Source of the DNA: an uncultured delta proteobacterium
GTDB taxonomy: Bacteria; Desulfobacterota; Desulfarculia; JACQYL01; CAWGVV01
Assembly (NCBI GenBank): GCA_963826125.1
Contig: CAWGVV010000002.1
Location: 1,526,855-1,590,854 of the forward strand
Length of the DNA stretch: 64,000 nucleotides
Direction: 5' to 3'
Below are positions 7,468-15,416 of the stretch, piece by piece; position 1 is the stretch's first letter, and each line of letters begins with the position of its first letter. The position numbers and the translations under genes were made by a program. The notes below the pieces were generated by a model. That model saw only the letters and a program-made list of their open reading frames with translations. It made no database searches and had not been told where the DNA came from.

Positions 7468-10253
7468 GACGGGCTCTCCTCAAAGGGCAACACCAGCTCG
7501 AAGACGCTTCCCTTGCCCCATTGGCTTTCGACCCGAATATGGCCGCCCATCGCCTCCGCCAGCCGCTTGCAGATGGAAAGGCCCAGGCCGGTGCCTTCAT
7601 ACTGGCGGGTGATCCCGGTGTCCACCTGCTGGAACGGCTTGAAGAGCGTACCCATGTCCTGCGGCCGAATCCCGATCCCGGTGTCGATGACCCGCGTGAT
7701 CAGCCGACCGTCCTCAATCCCGCTTTCGATACGCACCTCTCCCCGCTCGGTGAATTTCACGGCGTTGGTGAGCAGGTTGATGATAATCTGCTCGACCCGC
7801 CTCCGGTCGCCGACGATCCGGCCGATTGCCGGATCGATCAAGGCGGTCACCGCCAGTCCCTTTTTCCCGGCCGGCGGCTCGATTTTTTCGACGCTCTTCC
7901 GTATGGCCGCCTGCACATCGAACGAGTCGCGGGTGAGTTCCACCCGGCCCGCCTCGATCTTGGAGATGTCGAGCACGTCGTTGATCAGCTCCAGAAGATG
8001 GCGGGCGCTGTCCTGCACCATGGTGAGTTGCTTTTCCTGCTCTCCGCTCAACGGACCCACCAGCCCCATCAGCAGGATGCCCGTAAAACCGATGATGGAA
8101 TTGAGCGGAGTGCGCAATTCATGCGACATGGTCGCCAGGAACGCCGATTTGAGCCGGTCCGCCTCCTCGGCCTTTTCCTTGGCCACTTCAAGTTCCGCGG
8201 TCCTGTCGGCGACCCGCTGTTCCAATTCCACGTTCAGGCTTTGCAATTCCTGTTCCGCCTTTTGCCGCACCTCCATTTCCCGGCGGAGGTGAGCGACATT
8301 GACGGCATTCGACATGGCCAAGCCAACCGTCTGGCCGATCACCATCAGTTCGTTCTCCAATGTCGACGACGGCATGCGGCAATCCCGGTAGAGCAAATTC
8401 AGGACGCCCAGCACCCTTTCATCGGCCAGGAGAGGCACCGACACGGCGCCGCAATACCCCTGATCGTGAAGCGCCTTCCTGACAACACCATCGATCCTGT
8501 CGTCATCCTCCACATTCCAACTGGCGGCGACTTGACGGTTCTCTACCGCCAGGCCGGAAAGACTGGCGCGGACGGGAAGCCGCCTCGACTTCTCCAGCAG
8601 GGCATCGGTGAATCCCCGGGCATGGATGAGGTTCAGAGAGTCGCCGTTCTCATCCAGCAGAAATATCGCTACCGACGGCGAGTTGCTGCGGAGAATCATG
8701 GCTTGCACCGCCTGCTCGGCGATGGTGTTCATGTCCAGGGTACGGTGGATCTTGTCGGCGATGGATCGGATGGCTTCCAGGGATTCGGTTTTGGCCTCCA
8801 GCTCTCCCTGGTACCGATGCAACCGGTCTTCCGTCTTCTTTCGTTCCGAAATATCGCGAAATCCGACCACGCGAATCGGCTCGCCTCCCATATCGATGGA
8901 CCGGGCGCGCACTTCGATCGGAATCCGGACGCCGTCACGCATGATGGCGGTGACTTCGTACGGCCCGACCGCATCGTTGCGGATTCCCTCCAGTACCGGC
9001 AGGCTGGAGTCCGGAGTCACGAACTCCAGGACGTTCCGCCCGATGACGTCCTCCGGCCGATAGCCCAGCAGTTCCGTCGTGGCCGGATTGACGTCGATGA
9101 TCTTTCCCTCCACGTGGAAGAAAATGCCTTCAAAAGCGGCAGCGAAAAACCGGGAAAGCCGTTCCTCGCTCTTGGCTAGTTCGGCCGTGCGCTGCCGCAC
9201 CATGCCGCGGAGCGAACGGTTCAGCAGCATGGCAAAACCGACCGCCAGCAACGCCACCCCGGTACAGGCCAGGATGATCAAGCCGAGCGCGCGGTGGGAG
9301 GAAACATATCCTTCCTTTTTCAGGTTCACCCACCGCCGAACCAGAGCGTCATGCTCTTCAAGGGAAATGGAATCGAGCGCCTTCTGCAGGATGGAATGAA
9401 GCTGCGGCCACTCCCGACGGGATGCGAACGACAGCGGCCAGACTACCTCCGACTGACCGGCGATGACCAGATTGGTAAGCCCCAGTTGGCCGGTGTAAAA
9501 GGACGCCGTGGCCTCGTTGACCACCATGGCGTCCGCGACTCCGAAAGAGATCATTTTCAGCCCGGTCGGCACATCGGGCACCAGGACCTTGTCCAGGTCG
9601 GGGTAGTGCTCGTTCAGATAGTCGTCGGTAACGTCCCGGGCCAGGGATACCACCTTGAGGCCGCGGAGTTTGTCCAGGGTGAGATCGTGAAAAGCGCCCT
9701 TCTTCACCACGATCGCGGCGGGAAAGCTCACGTAGGGACGCGTGAAGAGCATGGTGGCGGCGCGAGCGACCGTCTCCGTGGCGGCGCCCCAGACGTCCAC
9801 CTCGCCTTTCTCCGTGTATTCCATGATTTCCCGCCAACTGGACAGATGTTTTACCGTGAACCTGACGCCCAGTTTCCTCTCCATGAGTTCGACATAATCG
9901 GCGGCTATGCCGCTGTAGCGGCCTTTTCGGTCAAAGAATTCGATGGGCGGGAAATCGGGAGAGGGCGCGATCACCAGGTTCGGATGCGCCCCGAGCCAGG
10001 CCGTCTCCTCCGGAGTCAACCCGATGCCGTTGCCCGTCGACCGCGGGGAAGCACCATACCCCGTAGCGGTTGCCAGAAGCGTCAACCAGACCAGGGCCGG
10101 AAAACAGCGCCGGAGGACGCGAAGAATCCCCGGAAGGCCGGGACGGTTTTTCCGGCCGGAGGAACCGGCGGACGATGCCGGACGCGGGGAGAAAGCCCGC
10201 GGGGCGGGCGAAGGGGAAGGGGAGGATGGGGAAAAGGTATCTCTCATGGACAT
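7464..10253 (-). CDS. sensor histidine kinase with periplasmic family-3 solute-binding domain, PAS and GAF domains
   Basis: An SBP_bac_3-like segment (VIAPSPDFPPIEFFDRKGRYSGIAADY), a TM helix, PAS, GAF, the H-box MSHELRTPLNSIIGF, and HATPase (GTGLGLSICKRL). ATG 10253 is preferred over the TTG at 10280. Confidence 0.9.
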   Translation of the reverse strand: MSMRDTFSPSSPSPSPAPRAFSPRPASSAGSSGRKNRPGLPGILRVLRRCFPALVWLTLLATATGYGASPRSTGNGIGLTPEETAWLGAHPNLVIAPSPDFPPIEFFDRKGRYSGIAADYVELMERKLGVRFTVKHLSSWREIMEYTEKGEVDVWGAATETVARAATMLFTRPYVSFPAAIVVKKGAFHDLTLDKLRGLKVVSLARDVTDDYLNEHYPDLDKVLVPDVPTGLKMISFGVADAMVVNEATASFYTGQLGLTNLVIAGQSEVVWPLSFASRREWPQLHSILQKALDSISLEEHDALVRRWVNLKKEGYVSSHRALGLIILACTGVALLAVGFAMLLNRSLRGMVRQRTAELAKSEERLSRFFAAAFEGIFFHVEGKIIDVNPATTELLGYRPEDVIGRNVLEFVTPDSSLPVLEGIRNDAVGPYEVTAIMRDGVRIPIEVRARSIDMGGEPIRVVGFRDISERKKTEDRLHRYQGELEAKTESLEAIRSIADKIHRTLDMNTIAEQAVQAMILRSNSPSVAIFLLDENGDSLNLIHARGFTDALLEKSRRLPVRASLSGLAVENRQVAASWNVEDDDRIDGVVRKALHDQGYCGAVSVPLLADERVLGVLNLLYRDCRMPSSTLENELMVIGQTVGLAMSNAVNVAHLRREMEVRQKAEQELQSLNVELEQRVADRTAELEVAKEKAEEADRLKSAFLATMSHELRTPLNSIIGFTGILLMGLVGPLSGEQEKQLTMVQDSARHLLELINDVLDISKIEAGRVELTRDSFDVQAAIRKSVEKIEPPAGKKGLAVTALIDPAIGRIVGDRRRVEQIIINLLTNAVKFTERGEVRIESGIEDGRLITRVIDTGIGIRPQDMGTLFKPFQQVDTGITRQYEGTGLGLSICKRLAEAMGGHIRVESQWGKGSVFELVLPFEESPS

Positions 10254-10694
10254 GGCTTTCTTCCGCCGGGGGTACTGCAACGTGACCGTTCCTTGGCGCC
10301 CGAAGTCCTCGGCCTCGTGGAGAAAACGATTTTTCCATGCACCGAAGGTCCGTTTCGGCGAGTTTCATGTCTCCGGGGAGTAGGGCGACAGTTACGGTCA
10401 CCGGGGTCTCTGCATCCGCGCGCGAGTTCGGGTGAAAGGGACCGGGCATTCCTACATAAAGCAGACCGGAAATTCGCTGTGGCGAGCTATTGGGCCTCAA
10501 CCGGGTCACGTCGGGCACACTGACCAGGAACGGTGGAATTCAATTGATTCCGTCACTCTTAGATGTAAAAAAGGTAATTAATACGAATGAAAATGAAACG
10601 TTTCGACAGTATAGCAGACTTCCCCCCAAGAGCCGAATATTTTTTCCCGTTTAAAAACCCGTGCCGCCGGCGGGCCGGGATATCCGGACGCGGG

Positions 10695-10787
10695 GGCCGC
10701 GTGGCTGGACGGCAGGCAGCCACGGTGCTGAGCGAGCCCGGCGAGGAACTGACACGTCGGTTTCTGGAACGGGTGATGGAGTGTTGA
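10695..10787 (+). pseudogene. orphan 3'-terminal fragment homologous to the ABC ATPase gene end (compare 1505-1600)
   Basis: Translates ..GRVAGRQAATVLSEPGEELTRRFLERVMEC*, against ..GRVVEHGPAARVLSEPEEELTRKFLERVMKY* for the intact gene. Nucleotide similarity continues past the stop codon. No Walker motifs lie upstream. Confidence 0.65.
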
Positions 10788-11073
10788 GAGAAATACAGAG
10801 CGGAAAAGGATTGCCAACAATCATTTTATTGCTCAAAGAGCTGCTCCGAGATGCGCCGGTCCCCGCAAGATACGGTGAAGGGACCTTCTACCTATCCCCG
10901 ATCAAGGATAGCCCCAAAAAGCGGGAACTGTTGCCGCTGATCGAGGAGACAAAATGCAGAGTAAGTTCCCGGTGTTTGTTTATTTAATTCGATGACTCTG
11001 AATCGGACGGGTGGTTGGGTGTTGTGGCGAGGCCGTCCGCTTTTGACACTGATTGGGATCGTTCATCACATCC

Positions 11074-11106
11074 GGTAGGGTGGGTAGAGTGAAACGAAAC
11101 CCACCA
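11074..11106. repeat. palindromic (REP-like) unit GGTAGGGTGGGTagagtgaaacgaaACCCACCA
   Basis: Internal hairpin GGTGGGT/ACCCACC. An inverted partner lies at 11204-11237. Confidence 0.6.
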
Positions 11107-11203
11107 TGCGAGTATTATTATTCCATTGGTGGAATGCGGGCCAATCAATCTCGTGCACGGTTCCGGAGGTAGCGGGGCATTTTTTTATTGGTTGCATATG
11201 AAT

Positions 11204-11237
11204 TGGTGGGTTTCCGCTGCGCTCAACCCACCCTACG
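11204..11237. repeat. inverted copy of the REP-like unit (TGGTGGGTTtccgctgcgctcAACCCACCCTACG)
   Basis: Its reverse complement matches 11074-11106 at both arms. Together the two copies bracket about 165 bp just downstream of the AIPR gene stop, a MITE-like geometry. Confidence 0.6.
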
Positions 11238-11252
11238 CCGTTGTTATTCTTG

Positions 11253-12974
11253 TCAAGATGGGCTAACCATGTTGGCCCAATCTGAATACTGATTTCCTAC
11301 GTTCATCGATAGCATTATGGCAGACACCGTCCTCGAAATAGATTCCACAGCGTCATCTTTTCCCATGCATTCGGAGAGGCTCTCTGGTCGTAATTGAGCA
11401 CAGACAAGGCTCAAGATAGATGTTACTACAGGAAGAGCCGCAGCGACCAATGCTGTGAATGTATAATTGGCTATATTTGCGTTTTCAGGTGAATATGCTA
11501 TAGTACCTATATCGACTCGGCGTCCAATGATCGGCTCTAATGACTTTGCAAGTATCGACATAAAGAAGAATTTGAAACGCAAATTTCTTAAAAGTATTAG
11601 TTGCTGCTCTTCTAATTTCATTAGCCCACCAATTTCTGCTGCCTTTCTCTTGAGTTCCAAACGACGCTCATCAATGGCCCGCGCGAGAGAGTATACAAAT
11701 AAAATATGACGTGCCTTCTTACCGTCAAACGCGGTTTTATAGACCGCACCACGTTCAAATACACGATTCCGCCCGCGGTTTGCCTCGGAATATCGACCTA
11801 CGAAAGCTGCTAGCGGCTGGGCTACATCCTCAATGCTGATTGAGTCTGCTGAAGGACGAAACCCTCTCTTTCGCTCATAAGAATACCCCAAGTCATGAAA
11901 CTCTTTTTCGATGCGAACCTGTTCCGGGTCACCGCTGTATTGATCCCATGTGGTTATCTCATTTTGTGTGTTGTTGAAACGGACAATAGTTCCTATTTTT
12001 TCAGGATCTTGACAGCGTATCACTCGACAGAGAACGCGTAGATTTCTGATGTCGTGCTTACTCAAATCAACGCTTCCAATTGCACCTGTCGTTTGAGCAC
12101 CATTTATTACGGATACACCTGTAAGGCGTGTACCAGAACCCACTTCGGAAAAACCAAGAGTGACAACAGTCACCCCATTATTATATACCCAGAAGTCTGC
12201 GGGGGTTGTCTCTGCTGTGCTACGAATTGCAGTGTTTATCTTACGCCTACGACTAAAACCAAGAAATCCTCGATAGTTAGCAGAAAACAACGCGTCGCCG
12301 TACTTATTAAACATTGCGTGCAGCCAAGAACCAGGAGCTGAAAAAATTCCTGCTTCCCATTCCGGGCCACTTTCCATAAAAGCTATTCTAGCTGGACAGG
12401 TCACCTCGTCCATAACTTCGATATGCGATTCTTGAGAGGCAAACAAGTGTTCTATCTGAGGCGCACCAAGTTCTTTCGCGTTTGAAGTGATGGGAGATGC
12501 AGTACCTAAAAAGTTCCTTAAGTGAGCTACCACAGTTTGTAGCTCTCGATATACGCTCACAGATTCAGGTAGATTGTGGACATATAAAAGGTGGATACTA
12601 CTGATTTCACCTTCATGAAGGGCGTTTCTACATTCCTCGATAGCCGCCCTCAATTCTTTCGGTATTTTTTCTGTATCGCCAGAGAAAAGCCAGGCTATTG
12701 CTGTATTTAGGTCGGCAGCTTTGTTTGAGGGTGCCGTGTCCTTGAGAGATTTCGCATAGTAGCCTTGAGCGAGCACTATCCGACCCTCATCACGATCAAG
12801 ATAGATGAAATCGATCTTTTTGTCGTCATTTCCGTCTGTCAAAGCCTCCGAGGCGAGGGCCTCAAGGTCTGACTCCTGCAGTAAAAGACCGAGTGCCCAC
12901 ACGAGGTGAGCGTTACTCTCACCAATTTTTAATATCAGGGAGTTTTGCGCTCTAAACGCATCTGTATATGCCAT
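11253..12974 (-). CDS. AIPR-family (abortive infection phage resistance) protein
   Basis: 573 aa. The N-terminal segment TDGNDDKKIDFIYLD and the INGAQTTGAIGS motif are typical of the AIPR family as I recall it. AAGAGG RBS. Sampled lines are about 42-47% G+C. Confidence 0.78.
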   Translation of the reverse strand: MAYTDAFRAQNSLILKIGESNAHLVWALGLLLQESDLEALASEALTDGNDDKKIDFIYLDRDEGRIVLAQGYYAKSLKDTAPSNKAADLNTAIAWLFSGDTEKIPKELRAAIEECRNALHEGEISSIHLLYVHNLPESVSVYRELQTVVAHLRNFLGTASPITSNAKELGAPQIEHLFASQESHIEVMDEVTCPARIAFMESGPEWEAGIFSAPGSWLHAMFNKYGDALFSANYRGFLGFSRRRKINTAIRSTAETTPADFWVYNNGVTVVTLGFSEVGSGTRLTGVSVINGAQTTGAIGSVDLSKHDIRNLRVLCRVIRCQDPEKIGTIVRFNNTQNEITTWDQYSGDPEQVRIEKEFHDLGYSYERKRGFRPSADSISIEDVAQPLAAFVGRYSEANRGRNRVFERGAVYKTAFDGKKARHILFVYSLARAIDERRLELKRKAAEIGGLMKLEEQQLILLRNLRFKFFFMSILAKSLEPIIGRRVDIGTIAYSPENANIANYTFTALVAAALPVVTSILSLVCAQLRPESLSECMGKDDAVESISRTVSAIMLSMNVGNQYSDWANMVSPS

Positions 12975-13143
12975 GGTCTACCTCTTGTTCCTTCTCATTT
13001 GCAAAAACCAACGCTTACCCTCAGAGGTTTGCGAGGCGCACAGCGTACAGACAATCTGACAGTAAAGCATTGTTATACTATAAATTTTTGAGTATTGCCG
13101 TCCCACCAAGCAATCAACTTTGCTGATGCTCCTGTTTAACGTG

Positions 13144-14010
13144 CTATAGCGTTTGTTGCTTTCTGAGATTGTTAACGTGTTCAGAGAGAGTACGCGCGTT
13201 TACCGGCCTATAGTGGAACATATTCAGGAACTCCACAGAGTGGAAATCAACATTCCAGAAGCCGGAGTACGCGGTCAGAATATCGCGGTTGGGCAGCACG
13301 ACTATGTCCGTAGGTTTGTATTCTATAGCCACAGAAACTGTTGTCGCACCGAGTTGACCACTGATGCCGAAGCGAAATACGTCTGAGGACTCGTTAAGCA
13401 AACTAACTAATTCGCCTTCAGGCACTAAGTCAGTAAAGAATGTTTGCACCATTAGAGTTATAAACGGACTCCTGAAGGAAGGGCGAACTCTCCAGTCTCC
13501 CCCTAACTTGAAATAGGAAGATATTTCTGCGTTCACTAACCGTGATCTTGTGGTGTTCATATATATCACAAGAAATTTCTCATCTTCTGTGCAGTAATAG
13601 GCATATCTTGAAAAGACTACCGCATTCCTAGGGGGCGAAAGAAACTTTGCAGTGAGCGCCGCAAGAGTAATCCCCAGAATGCCTGTACCAAAAATCGCTT
13701 CTAAGACCGTGATGAAACGAGCGCCATTACCGTCCGGGCTGTAGTCACCATAGCCAATGGTCATAATGCTGATGAAATTGAAATAAACGATATCCCACAA
13801 ACCCACTGCAGAGCAATCAGTAGCTTTGACCCAAGTGTGATCAGGACCGGAGAAATACCACTCTATGCCTGAAATGGCTGCAACCACCAAGACGTAGAGC
13901 GCCAATCCGACAACGGCGATCAACCACATCGGCCAAGAGGCGAGCCACCTTATGCGTAGTCCGGTTCGCTTCCTGGGAAGACGGCACAAGTCCTGATCTT
14001 CATTGTTCAT
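13144..14010 (-). CDS. KirBac-like (inward-rectifier-type) potassium channel
   Basis: 288 aa with a TM1-pore-TM2 core. The K+ selectivity filter TIGYGD is encoded at 13744-13761. The beta-rich cytoplasmic domain starts PPRNAVVFSRYAYYCTEDEKFLVIYMNTTRSRLVNAEI, which resembles the Kir C-terminal domain. Confidence 0.8.
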   Translation of the reverse strand: MNNEDQDLCRLPRKRTGLRIRWLASWPMWLIAVVGLALYVLVVAAISGIEWYFSGPDHTWVKATDCSAVGLWDIVYFNFISIMTIGYGDYSPDGNGARFITVLEAIFGTGILGITLAALTAKFLSPPRNAVVFSRYAYYCTEDEKFLVIYMNTTRSRLVNAEISSYFKLGGDWRVRPSFRSPFITLMVQTFFTDLVPEGELVSLLNESSDVFRFGISGQLGATTVSVAIEYKPTDIVVLPNRDILTAYSGFWNVDFHSVEFLNMFHYRPVNARTLSEHVNNLRKQQTL

Positions 14011-14414
14011 TTTTCTCTCTATAGCTTATATGGCAATTTCGGAATCACTTAACAATAATTAGATATATCCAATGAAATTTAATTTTATCTGTCCGTTGAG
14101 AACATGAGTAGGGATCATTGTCGCCTTGACATCATTGCGGCCTAAGGAATCCCGGGCCGTTTAGATGAGTAACCCGTTTCCAGCAGGTGTGTGGTGAGGG
14201 AACGACAACAAGTATCGTATTTAACCATGCTTGGCTATTACCTTAAAACAGCATATTAAGCAATGAAAATGGTAACGGAGAGAAATCGTCCATGTGCATT
14301 TACAGTAGACGAATCATAACCTAAATCTTTCAAGACAAACCTCCGCAACGCGTCTAAATCGGTAGGATGCGCTGCGTCGCTCGACCCCACCCAAGTCAAA
14401 CGTATCTGCCCATC

Positions 14415-15095
14415 TCAGATCGTCTTGGATAGCTCGACAGCCTCCTGCGAGCACACCAGAAAGCAGCTTCCGCATTCGTCGCAGCGTGAACCGTCCACTC
14501 GGTAGGGATCGCCGAGAACGATGGCTTTGAAAGTGCACGCATCGAAACACTCTCCGCAGGCAGTACATTTTTCAGGGTTGATGCGGGCGCCGGCCTCGTT
14601 GAACGTTTCGCCGCCGAAACCGAAACGGGTGCGCAGGAGTTTGTGGTCGCGGTGCTCCATCTCGAAATCGAAGTCGAAGATTTCACCTTTGCCCTTGAAG
14701 ATGCAGAACAACCGCAGGGCAGGGTACCGGGCCGCGTCTTTCAGGAAGTATTGGTGAACCGCGCTTCCGGCCGCCGCTTTTTCCTTTACCTCGTCTTCGG
14801 GAATTTCGCGGGCCTCCCCGGTGATGCGCAGGGTGAACCCGGGGGCGAAGGTGGGTTGCCCTACCGCGTTCTTCCCAGTCTTGCGGCTGGAAGGGTAGAT
14901 GCCGCACAGGGCCACCTGAGGGTTGTTTTTCAGTTGCCGATAGAACGGCTTCACATACATGGTAAGAAAGTAGATGCCCTGGTCATCGCCGCCAATGATG
15001 CCGACGATCCGGCTGTGCATGGTTTCGCCGTCCAGGGTCGTCATTGAGAGCGAACCGACCTTTTTTATGGCTTCATGAATTTCATGCAACGTCAC
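14415..15095 (-). CDS. pyridoxamine 5'-phosphate oxidase-like FMN-binding protein fused to a 2x[4Fe-4S] ferredoxin domain
   Basis: N-terminal PNPOx-like split barrel. C-terminal CTACGECFDAC and CDECGSCFLVC cluster motifs. Confidence 0.78.
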   Translation of the reverse strand: MTLHEIHEAIKKVGSLSMTTLDGETMHSRIVGIIGGDDQGIYFLTMYVKPFYRQLKNNPQVALCGIYPSSRKTGKNAVGQPTFAPGFTLRITGEAREIPEDEVKEKAAAGSAVHQYFLKDAARYPALRLFCIFKGKGEIFDFDFEMEHRDHKLLRTRFGFGGETFNEAGARINPEKCTACGECFDACTFKAIVLGDPYRVDGSRCDECGSCFLVCSQEAVELSKTI

Positions 15096-15180
15096 TGGAG
15101 CGCCTCCGCTTGCCCGACAGGTTGTTGAAAAAAAGAGAGCTGTATCGGTCGTTGTCGTTGTGCTCCCCCCGGCTTCGCCA

Positions 15181-15199
15181 CCCCCCTCAATGAGGGGGG
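15181..15199. repeat. perfect palindrome CCCCCCTCA-A-TGAGGGGGG
   Basis: 9-bp arms in the spacer between the ferredoxin-fusion gene and ptsP. A related CCCC..GGGG element lies at 15257-15274. Confidence 0.6.
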
Positions 15200-15416
15200 C
15201 AGGGGGGAGTAGGTATGCGCGTGATCCGACCAGAACCCAATGAAATCCCCCTCAATCCCCGTTTTTCAAAGGGGACTTCTTTCCCGTCCATTTCTTCATG
15301 AGTCCTTATTTGGGGCGAGGCACTTTTCAGGCGAAATCCGGCCGGAAATGCCGACCACCTGCGCCTTGGTTCCGTCTTTCCGGCTCGTATCACTCCTCAC
15401 ATCCCGAACCGCCGGA

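Noticed and set aside
10661-10987. 108-aa ORF downstream of the orphan ABC fragment
   Set aside because: It reads through the displaced gene fragment in a different frame and continues into spacer homologous to non-coding DNA after the intact gene. There is no motif or RBS.
1600-14400. Calling the 1.6-14.4 kb region an active integrative element or prophage
   Set aside because: There is no integrase, transposase, excisionase, phage structural gene or identical att core. Most of the interior (ada-alkA, ogt, kinases) has host-like GC. Only the two small AT-rich islets look recently foreign.
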